From Phoronis australis (Eukaryota > Animalia > Phoronida): a DNA stretch of 64,000 nt. Numbering within the stretch: the first letter of the stretch is position 1; every line of letters starts with the position of its first letter. The notes beneath the pieces are model-generated. The model was not told where the DNA came from. It saw only the letters and a list, made by a program, of their open reading frames with translations, and searched no databases. The translations under genes and the position numbers were made by a program. The stretch is taken from positions 190,674 through 254,673 of the forward strand of contig NMRA01000328.1 in NCBI GenBank assembly GCA_002633005.1, in the 5' to 3' direction. Positions 41,191-50,144 of this stretch are shown in pieces.

Positions 41191-42743
41191 TTTAGAAGCA
41201 GGTCAAAGCTGATACTGACCTTTTTGAGCATAGTTACCAGTAACACATGCAATGAACTAAGGAACGCATTTTGATGTGACGACAATGTCCAAGACATGTA
41301 GCTATGTGCATGGATGACAAGAGATTGCTCAAGATGCCAAGAGATTGTTTAAGATTCCAAATCTGCGTTGTGTGTGTATTTGTACAATAACTTTAGACAA
41401 GTTTACGTAAATTGACAGATAGCAATATTATTAAAAGCAGGAAGAGATAAACAAGAAGGGACAACTAGCTAAACCGACGTTTTTGGCCTCCTTCCCCAGA
41501 TTAATTTCAGGACTTACGTTTCGTTTAAAAGGAAACAGATGATTTAATCAGAGAGATTAAAGCTTTTTCTATAGAAAGATATCAAAAAACTCACTTTGCA
41601 ACCTTAAACAGTGGTGTAATTGTACTTTGAAAATATAGACTTCAGCGCACTCAATCGCAACTTCCCACATGCAGTCACGGTTATTTAAGCTTTTCCGTCG
41701 TTGTATAGATGGCGCAGTAGTCAAGTACTCCCTCATTTGCATATCAAATTTGCATGTGGGAGTTCTGAGACTCTCGTCAGTTGTTGGTCGAGCCCTTGAG
41801 TGAATATAGCAGTGACCTCCCGCTGAGAGCACGCGCTGATGAAGATATCACAGCGAACTCGATCGCTACGCAATCAGGAGGTGAAAACACTCTCATGACC
41901 GCACTTCTGAATTCCAACTAAGCAAGTCCTATTTCAAGGAGCGGACTTTGAATTGTATTCGTCCCCTGACAGTGGATTGCAGAGAAGATTAGAATGAGGT
42001 CAGCGGCTACCTATCGTGTTGACAAAAGTTTGAAGTGTCAGAACCATAGACAGAGCGCGCGGGTTGTCTATGATTCCTGTTCTTCTTCAGTTGACGAAAA
42101 CATTGCTATCGGCATAAAGAATGACCGTGGCAAATTCATTTTGAGGTAGATACCTGTATCCAAGAATAAATATTAATACTCTGTTATATCTCACCCTCAG
42201 CGTTTCATTTCTTTGATGTTGTTTGAGGTTGCGGTATCGTGAAACAACGCCGTCGGGTGAGAGAAGTTGCACCGAATAGTTGGAATTGCCTGCAGTTCTT
42301 TCCTTTAGAATGCCCGGACTCAACTGTGCCGTTTCTTTGGCAAGTCTCTTGCCTGCCGAAATTTTTCTGAGCATTGAAGACATCGGCCTTCTCCTGCGCC
42401 AAACAACCTTTTGTCTGCTACAGAAATGTTATGCCTAATTTTCTACCATTTTAGCACACTTTGTGGCTCTGCCATAATCGTATTTCTTAATTCCGCCACA
42501 GTATGCATACATGGAAGTTAGTTTTGCTAGGTGTTTTTCCAAGTTAAAGGCGAAGGCAACCTTTTTTCATGTCAGTTTTAGCAAAAATAAGGTTCGTTGA
42601 TTATCCCAAACATATTTTTTCACTTATTTACTGCTTTTCGTAATTTAATTAATTACTCGTCGTCTACTCAGGAAGTGACGTTTTGGGAGGCAAGAATTTC
42701 GCGCCAATTTCTTTTCATATATTCTGACTCTGAGAGCAGTCGA

Positions 42744-42864
42744 GTCGGTCATTGTTCTACCTCGGTTGTGATAAGTTCGGTCGTTGTTTGCTTTTGCTTA
42801 CGAGTCAGTCAACATGCCACACTGTTGCTGCGTTCTGGGGTGTACTCATTATCGTCTCACGCAC
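42744..42864 (+). repeat. Diverged inverted copy of the THAP start region (48183-48303)
   Basis: About 120 bp aligns by eye with the reverse complement of 48183-48303. ATG at 42814 encodes MPHCCCVLGCTHY versus MPPCCCVPGCTHY. Confidence 0.85.
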
Positions 42865-43117
42865 AGAGGAAAAACTGTCCCACTTGCCCGAGTGTCCCAC
42901 GACACACTCCCACAAGAGGGTGATCTGAGCACCCAAACTGCTTACATCCTGCCGTATGACTCCCTCGCCACACACCTGGCACCTTCCAAATAGCTCCAAT
43001 ACAAGTCCACAATAAACTTATCACACTTAGGCTCACCGATCTGTTCATTGGATGACGAACTGTCCTCCTCACTGGGTGTCGAACCTGTAATACCTGTAAT
43101 ACCTGTCACGGACAGGA

Positions 43118-46100
43118 TCATTGGGGATATGCTGATGCACTATTCCCCTCCCCAGACCATCCCCGTGACAGCAGAAGGCGCAGAACTCCAGGGCTGACGT
43201 TGCCTGTAAGCATTTGATTTGACAACACTCGGGCACGGCTCTTCTTGTGACTCTTCGCAGCATGGCCATAAATGATACCGGCTTCGAGCAGTCGGCTGCC
43301 ATCATTGAACTCCGCCAGTTGGGATGCAGTCTGCTCGAGGTTGTGTTTGCGGGCCAGCAGCTTAACGTCAGCCGAATATAAGTAGAGGGGTTGGTTGGTG
43401 GTGCATGAGCCAGCGAGGTAATCTGCACGCTCATTAATCAGGACACCGGCGTGGCCAGGTACGAAAGACCAGATCACCACATGATGAGGGTGGCGTGATC
43501 GGAAGACACCCCAGTTGGCTGGGAGGTTTCCAGATTGAACTTTCATCAACACTGCCATGGAATCGGTGGCAAAGATAATGGTGTGATTCTCCAGGTCTAA
43601 GAGTGACAGCTTGATTAGGGCACGTTGTATAGCCTCAAACTCCATCCGCGTACTGCTTGTGTATACCTGGTGGCAGCCACTACCTTCCGCAATGACGTTG
43701 TTAGCACAGCGTATTTGATAACCCCATCCCGCACGATTAGTTTCACCATCGAAGGATCCATCAGTTGCTACAATGATGGCATTAATACCGCCAAGATCAC
43801 GCCATTGCTGACGGCACAATGCTTGGGCTACTCCTGGAGGCCATTCCCGAGCTTCCCTGTTGAACGCAATAATGACATTCGGTTCCTCACCAAGTTCTTG
43901 TACTGGCAGCCAAGCAGCATCTTGCGCGATCATGTGTTCGCCGATGAGACCCATGGTTGCGTTAACAGCAGCGACAGTCCACGAGCACCTGCTAAGTCTT
44001 TGGTAGGAGGCATTGCGAAAAGGTCTAGGACGAAGTCCATAAGTTACTGTTGCAGGGACGGGGTTCACGCACCTGTCAAGTGCAGTCTTCACTTGACTGT
44101 GTAAAGGATGGAAGGGGCTTTGAACAGCCTTGGCTAAAGTAATACCTTGTAGAAGAGATTGTCTGTCTGCAATGCTGGGAACACCGACAAGGTAACGTAA
44201 TGCTGCGACTGACGTAGATCTCGTACATCCAGTGATGACGCGAAGACCAATGTTTTGGAGCCTCTCAAGTCTGTTGATTTGATTTTTACTGATGTTGATC
44301 ATGGGGAGAGCGTAGTCGAAGACCGAAGTGACCAGGGCTTTATAAAGCATGACGAGGTGCCTTTCCTCCGCCTTCCGACCAGCCGCAGCCCTAAGGGCAT
44401 TGATTCCTCTGTTAGCACGGCTGATCATACTGTTAACTTGAGTTGAGAAGTTGAGCCTGCGGTCGAGTTCTACACCCAAGTGACGCATGTGGTCGGATGT
44501 TGCGATCAACTTCCCATCGTAGGTAGGGCAAGGGAAATCATCAACACTGAGGCGATTGTCCAGAGTACAAAAGAGAGCTTCACATTTGTCTCCATTGCAG
44601 CTCATTCCGCTGGTAGCACAAAACTCGCAGATTTCCATCAATGTAGACTGTGCTTTGTGTAGAATCTCATGATGTGTTTGTCCTTGAGATGACAGCAGCA
44701 TGTCGTCTGCAAAGGTGCGAAGTCGGCAGTCAGCGCGGTTCAGTCTGGCGAGTGGGAGGGTGTAGATATTGAACAGCACTGGGGACAGAGGTGAACCTTG
44801 GGGTAAGCCTGTGTTGACAGATACCCATTCTGAACGCCATGTGCGATGTTTTAGCATGCATCGCCGGCTGTTGAGGGCACTCATCACCCATCTAACGCAT
44901 CGTACTGGAATACCAAGATGAAGCATGCCATCCGCAAGTTTTGGAAGTTGAACAGAATTGTACGCATCTTCCAGATCAAGGCCAACGAGGAGAGTGTTTT
45001 CTTTGTTTTCAAAACCTTGCCATATCTCATCTGCAACAGAAGCTGCATTGGCCCATGAATCTCTACCAGGTCGATAAGCACCCATTCCTGGGAGGAGCCA
45101 GGGTTCAATTAACCTGGTGATTCTTTGTGCCATGATCCTTTCAGGGATCTTTCCAATGACGTTCTGCATCACTATGATGCGATATCCCTTGAGTGCACGA
45201 TGGTCTTTTCCAGGTTTTGGTACAGGAATTAAGAAGGCATCTGTCCAGATGTGAGGGATGATACCAGTGGCCAGACTGACGTTGTAGGACTTCACAAGCT
45301 TGGCCAGCAGAGAGTCAGGCAAAGACTTGAGTGTCAGGACTCTCACGCCATCGGGGCCAGGGGCACCCTCTTTGCAAGTTTTGATAGCATCCGCAACCTG
45401 TGCTGTAGAGAATTGACTGTCCTGTTCAGCTGTGTTGCAAAGTCCATCTAGTTGTTGGATGAGGAGGTTTTTTTCAGATTCATCACTGTGGTCACTTTGC
45501 TGGATGAAACGCAGTAGAAAAGCCTCACCCTGTTCCCTGTCACTTCTGAGAATGGTGTTGCTTGCATTCAGTAGGATGGATCTGGGAGGAGCGCGTCTTT
45601 TGTCCATGTTACGATGGAAGTGCCAGAAATCTGTAGCTGTCAAGTTGGATCGGCTGCAAAGCTCATCCCATCGACGATTGGCAGCCTCGGATGCTGAGCG
45701 TTTGAACAGGGCAGTGGCCCTGTTTCTGGCTGTTCTGACGACCGTGAACTCTTCCGGTGTGCAGTTTTGGCGTGCACGATCAAAATCCCGCTCTTTGGAG
45801 CGCTTGTTGGCCCAGGCAGTGTCAACATCTTTATTCCACCAAGTAGGGGGGTTCTGCCTCCTGTAGTGGCATACGTGCTTATGTAAGCTTTTTGCGTGTC
45901 TGCACACTGATTTCCAGATTTCATCCCCTTCAGTATTATTGTAAGGCCGTTTATAAGTTGTTACAGGAGCCTTTAATTGGTGGTGTAGTTGAACTTCACA
46001 CAAGTAGTGATCGCTACCAGCTTGACAACTCCTACGCCACTCAGCACGGTCGCGAAGACTGTCGCTGCTCAGAGCAAGGTCAATGCACGAGTCCTTGTCA

Positions 46101-46912
46101 CCCGGTCTCTCAGCCATCCTTGTGGGTTCACCAGAGTTGAGAATATATAAATCTAGTTCTGGAAGGCATTCGGCGAGACCTTTACCATTTGGGTTCACAC
46201 CGTAGACATCCCAGTTGGGATGACGAGCATTAAAGTCACCAACAATGAGAATGTCGGGATAGATGTGAAGAAGATTGTGAAGAAAATTCCAATGGTCGCA
46301 GCTAGGGGAGGAGTTTCCCCGTATATACAGATTGACTAGTGTGAATGGGTCGTGGAAACCAGGATCAGTGACACTTATAATCTGTAGTTGCCTGTCAGTG
46401 GTAGTGAAACTGTGAGTATCCACAAGCTCTACCATGGTGTGGCTGTCTTTGTTGATTGCGTACGCCAGGCCATTGGTGATGCCCTCTTTAGGAAAAAAGA
46501 AGCCTTCGAGTTCAAAGTCTGTTAGGTCCTTGAGTTTGGTTTCTTGGAACAGGAGAATGTCGTAGCCCGCACAGATTTTATCCAGTATATGTTTGCTGCC
46601 ACGTATGCCACGTATATTACAGTAACCAATCCTGAGACGGTTGAGTTGAAGTCTTTCGTACTTGAGTTGTCGGGCACGTTTGCCAGCTCTTTTACCTCTG
46701 CGTTTCTTTCTAGGTCCGCGCTTTCTGGCGCCACGGCGGATGTTCTGTCCGGCTGCACTTTCCCAGTCGCGCCGTCCAGCATCCGTATGGACGTTTACTT
46801 CTGTAATAAATCTTGAAGCAGGCGATGGAGTAACGATAAGCCTGTCGAGGTTGTAACAACCTCTAAGCCCCCTACGCCCAAAGGGGCAGGCTAACCGCGG
46901 CGGGACAGTTCC
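43118..46912 (-). CDS. Retrotransposon pol-like frame: Arg/Lys-rich N-terminus, APE endonuclease, reverse transcriptase, RNase H (1264 codons stop to stop; first ATG at 46435)
   Basis: APE motifs: RIGYCNIRG, DILLFQET, NLY, VGDFNARH, IDL, GSDH. RT motifs: LDLEDAYNSV, GLPQGSPLSP, FADD, LGVELD. RNase H motifs: ATDGS, RMEFEAI, ATDS, VPGHAG, NERADYLA. The frame upstream of 46435 was translated manually. Confidence 0.93.
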   Translation of the reverse strand, partial: GTVPPRLACPFGRRGLRGCYNLDRLIVTPSPASRFITEVNVHTDAGRRDWESAAGQNIRRGARKRGPRKKRRGKRAGKRARQLKYERLQLNRLRIGYCNIRGIRGSKHILDKICAGYDILLFQETKLKDLTDFELEGFFFPKEGITNGLAYAINKDSHTMVELVDTHSFTTTDRQLQIISVTDPGFHDPFTLVNLYIRGNSSPSCDHWNFLHNLLHIYPDILIVGDFNARHPNWDVYGVNPNGKGLAECLPELDLYILNSGEPTRMAERPGDKDSCIDLALSSDSLRDRAEWRRSCQAGSDHYLCEVQLHHQLKAPVTTYKRPYNNTEGDEIWKSVCRHAKSLHKHVCHYRRQNPPTWWNKDVDTAWANKRSKERDFDRARQNCTPEEFTVVRTARNRATALFKRSASEAANRRWDELCSRSNLTATDFWHFHRNMDKRRAPPRSILLNASNTILRSDREQGEAFLLRFIQQSDHSDESEKNLLIQQLDGLCNTAEQDSQFSTAQVADAIKTCKEGAPGPDGVRVLTLKSLPDSLLAKLVKSYNVSLATGIIPHIWTDAFLIPVPKPGKDHRALKGYRIIVMQNVIGKIPERIMAQRITRLIEPWLLPGMGAYRPGRDSWANAASVADEIWQGFENKENTLLVGLDLEDAYNSVQLPKLADGMLHLGIPVRCVRWVMSALNSRRCMLKHRTWRSEWVSVNTGLPQGSPLSPVLFNIYTLPLARLNRADCRLRTFADDMLLSSQGQTHHEILHKAQSTLMEICEFCATSGMSCNGDKCEALFCTLDNRLSVDDFPCPTYDGKLIATSDHMRHLGVELDRRLNFSTQVNSMISRANRGINALRAAAGRKAEERHLVMLYKALVTSVFDYALPMINISKNQINRLERLQNIGLRVITGCTRSTSVAALRYLVGVPSIADRQSLLQGITLAKAVQSPFHPLHSQVKTALDRCVNPVPATVTYGLRPRPFRNASYQRLSRCSWTVAAVNATMGLIGEHMIAQDAAWLPVQELGEEPNVIIAFNREAREWPPGVAQALCRQQWRDLGGINAIIVATDGSFDGETNRAGWGYQIRCANNVIAEGSGCHQVYTSSTRMEFEAIQRALIKLSLLDLENHTIIFATDSMAVLMKVQSGNLPANWGVFRSRHPHHVVIWSFVPGHAGVLINERADYLAGSCTTNQPLYLYSADVKLLARKHNLEQTASQLAEFNDGSRLLEAGIIYGHAAKSHKKSRARVLSNQMLTGNVSPGVLRLLLSRGWSGEGNSASAYPQ

Positions 46913-47462
46913 CTACTGGCCTGGGGCTGCCAGGCTTAAGGCGGGCGGCAACTGACCAATGAGGGTTAAAGAACCCCTCCCACCGTCATGCGTGGCCCCT
47001 GACGCCCACCCGACGCCGATGAGGTGAAGGCTTAGAATCGGTAAACTGCCACGCACCGGTATGTTCACTGACACAATGTGGCAGCCGGGAGTGACCTCTC
47101 CCGGACCCCTGACCAAGAAGACAATCCGTCGTCTCCTGCCCTTCTGAACGTTGAGTGCGTAGGACAAGTAAGGTATCCAACAGACACTTCGTCCACTCTG
47201 ATGGGGGGGTCAGCTCCACCTGCAGCTCTTTGCAGTTCTTCTGACCGTGAGTGCCAGAGATGTGGAGAGCATCTGAAAGGCACCAAGTCTGCTCAGCCAC
47301 AAAAAATAGTATTTTACAAGACAAGGTAGTAAGTCTTGAGCCCAACCAATGAAGGGTGCTATTTGCCCATAGCTGGGAGTTAGGTTGGTGAACGCCAGAG
47401 CATATCCATACACCGATGGGTCATGCACGTTGCACCTTTAAGAGCCTAACCTCTTCCGAGAT

Positions 47463-47700
47463 CCCTTGCAAAATTTAGCCTGGGGCCGCAGGGTGCCCAG
47501 TTACCATGGTGTACCACGAGGAGGTACTGCAAGAGTCTTGATTAGAGGTAGTTAAAGGCCACCAAGGCGGGTCTTACACATGCCTTCCTAATTCGTCTCA
47601 GAGGACTAGGTGGTCGTAGAAGCTGAAAGCTAGAAAGTGCAAGCACTAACTATACTAAGCTACACTAACTACACATCTAACCCTGTGTCGAAGACACCAC
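47463..47700 (-). ncRNA. HDV-like self-cleaving ribozyme at the element 5' end
   Basis: Minus-strand pairings: P1 GTGGTGT (47700-47694) with ACACCAT (47512-47506); P2 CTCTTGCAG (47535-47527) with TTGCAAGGG (47471-47463); P3 ACC/GGT around L3 TCCTCGT; P1.1 GG (47505-47504); P4 CTGGG/CCCAG; J4/2 GCTAAA with the catalytic-C position at 47478. J1/2 insertion of ~158 nt. Confidence 0.85.
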
Positions 47701-49985
47701 ACCACTGGGTGTCGAACTGGGACTGTATTCACTACCACTACTCAACATCGCTGCCGGGCTGCTTACAGGCTCTGGGCTAGAGACAACAGCACAGGGCGAA
47801 TCACTGCTAGTTCATGGAATTGCACGCAATGGGGTACGTTCGGAGGCACGGATGACAGTAGATGCAGTGCCTCCAGTCACTGTATATAGTGGCCACAGCT
47901 CGCGAGGCTTCTCGCTTCAAAAACGCACTTCTAGGGGTTGGCGACGGGGCACTGCTGGGAATCAACATTGGCGGTATGGTACTCTTCTTCAGGCGTTGTT
48001 TCGCAGGGACCTTCATCAATTCAGCGCAATCTGACGGCAGAAAATGTTTGCCACACACTTGGTAACCCTCCACTGCTTTGTACGTTGCGTGGACGGGTAG
48101 CGCTGCGTTCTTCCCATGAACGAGCTAGCCAAGTACGGCGAAGTGTGTCATCCTTCGAAAAGCGACGCAAGGTACCCAAAGCGTGTGTGAGAGGATAATG
48201 AGTACATCCCGGCACGCAGCAACAGGGTGGCATGTTAACTGACTTGTAAACAAAAGCAAACGACGACCGAACTTATCACAAACGAGGTAGAACAATGACT
48301 GACCGGCAGTAATCGTACTGTAATGTCGGCAGCTTCGCGGCTAAGTCTACAGCTAACTCCTGTTGAAATTCTCCATACTTCAAAATTCCTGTTTGCAAGT
48401 GCTTGGAATTGCCATTCAATGGTTTTCATAATAAGAGACTAGAAATCCGAGTTGTCACACACGCCCACTGGCCTGGTGCTGCCTTACATTTTCACTGGCC
48501 ACCTTGCTACAGTCGACTTGCGCAATAGACGAATTAGTGTCCACATTTGTGGTCACGTGCCGGGCTCAGACCCATGAGACAAGTTGCAGCAACAAATTCA
48601 GTGCGAATCCATAAACCCTTTTACACACACAATTAAATGCGCAAAAATGCTCCTGAATATCTTAAACCTTTAATTTAATGCTCAAGCTATACAACGAGTG
48701 CGTGTTGAAACACAACATTGACCTTGGACCAAAGATGGACTCCTTGCATCAGACCTTAGTAAGCCGGGGGAAGGCGAGTGCCACCCCCAAGAAATGCATG
48801 CCTCAGGTTCAAACCATGGCAACCGACAAAGGTGTGGGGCTGGGGAAAGACAAAAAAGAAAGTCTTCGAATACTGATCAGAAAGAAAATTCAAGAGAACA
48901 TTGACAACTCGGTATCAGTGTATGGTTTACCATTTGAGGGCCCTCTCCAGTACAATTGTTGTTAGGGTCTCCGTTTTTGCAGCTTAGGTCGTCTAAGCGC
49001 CCTTGAAAATGTGCACTTAATCATTCATACATGTATTTCGAAAATTCGAGAAAAGTTTTGCGAAGCGTATTAATTCAGTCCAAGTTTTTCAGTGGTCCAT
49101 AGGCGGTGCACTACGGGGGGCTGAGAGGGCTTTAGCTCCCACTTTTTTCAGTACTGCGCCCTTTATACACCTCCGGCATGACACTGCCAATACACTCACG
49201 AGGGAAAGTTGAGATTCCAATTTCATCAAAAACACAAAACATTCGTGCACAGCACAGAAGCTGTCTTGTAAGAAATGGCGATGCATCACTGAACTTAGTT
49301 GAAGCCTGAAGGCTGACTTGCAAAAATTCGATCTATCATCAGACCACCATATCGCAAAGAAGGAAACTAAACGATAACAGTGATATTCATGAATGTCGGG
49401 CAGCTCTAAATGCTTTATTGAATTGAAAACTAGACTTATGAAATTCAAAAATTTACAAACCGTAGACCGAAAAAGAAGTTCAAGCCATTGCCCATAAATT
49501 TGGAAAGATTGTCTTTGCACTTCCTTGATGCTTGTAGTTCCCAGTAGTACTGTGCAGTGAATTTAGGTTCTTCTAAACCGAATCGTTTTATTGCCATCCC
49601 CGTGCATACTGCAAAGGCTGGACACGTCATGACTCAGTGACGCACCCACGTTAAAAATAAGGTGTAGTCATGCAGTAGGCTGCCCGCGTAGAATCCGCGC
49701 ACACTTGACGGGAAAAGAACTTGAACTGCACTGAGGGGTTGAAGTGTGTGCAGTTTCGGGACACGCGTTCATTTTCCCCGGCCGCCCGGCAGAAGCTGGA
49801 CCAGTGGCCATGTTTCAACAAGGAATTTTGATACAGCTCTATAGGCCAAGGATTTCGGGATCATATCTTTCAAAAAAATCTTCAGGAAATGGCCGTATTA
49901 AAATGAACTTTTCCCGAAACTGGGTAAAAAAACGACCTTAGAGCCAAAACACGGGTATAGGTTCGAGTTAAGCCATACGTCTCAA

Positions 49986-50144
49986 ATGAATCATAGCGGA
50001 GCTGACCAGCGACTAGCATGAGTTCGTCGAATTGCGCATGAATCATAGCAGAGCTGATCAGCGACTACCATTAGTTCGTCGAATTGCACATGAATCATAG
50101 CAGACCTGACCAGCTACTACCATTAGTTCGTCGAATTGCACATG
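49986..50144. repeat. 52-bp minisatellite (3 copies)
   Basis: ATGAATCATAGCAGAGCTGACCAGCGACTACCATTAGTTCGTCGAATTGCAC units starting at 49986, 50038 and 50090. Confidence 0.9.

Larger units (their letters stand above)
43085..47702 (-). mobile_element. Full-length non-LTR retrotransposon, I-group-like (Ingi/Nimb/I-related), ~4.6 kb
   Basis: Flanked by a perfect 15-bp TSD CACTGGGTGTCGAAC (43070-43084 and 47703-47717). Single uninterrupted EN-RT-RNase H frame. 3' tail of ACAGGTATT repeats. The clade assignment is inferred from domain content only. Confidence 0.95.
42868..48233 (-). pseudogene. Decayed THAP-domain transposase gene (Kolobok-like), split by the LINE
   Basis: MPPCCCVPGC...RRFSKD...RRTW, then a frameshift, then VCGKHF...RLKKSTIP (THAP). 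Removing the LINE and one TSD copy restores SEYSPSSTPSEEDSS...KFIV, then a frameshift, then LELFGRCQVC...LWECVVGHSGKWDS. This C-C-C-H-W pattern is recalled from Kolobok-type transposases. Contains stops and frameshifts. Confidence 0.7.

Noticed and set aside
41836-41910. C box (TGATGA) and D box (CTGA) snoRNA-like pair
   Set aside because: Antisense to the host gene, with no terminal stem and no recognisable rRNA guide.
42087-42418. Minus-strand exon/41-nt intron/exon-like segment and a 98-aa ORF
   Set aside because: The spliced product stops almost immediately and I recognise no domain.
43625-46140. Plus-strand ORFs of 60-159 aa
   Set aside because: Antisense shadows of the retrotransposon pol frame.
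46436-46912. 2A-like (DxExNPGP) peptide, as in some Ingi/L1Tc elements
   Set aside because: Manual translation of the N-terminal extension shows no such motif.
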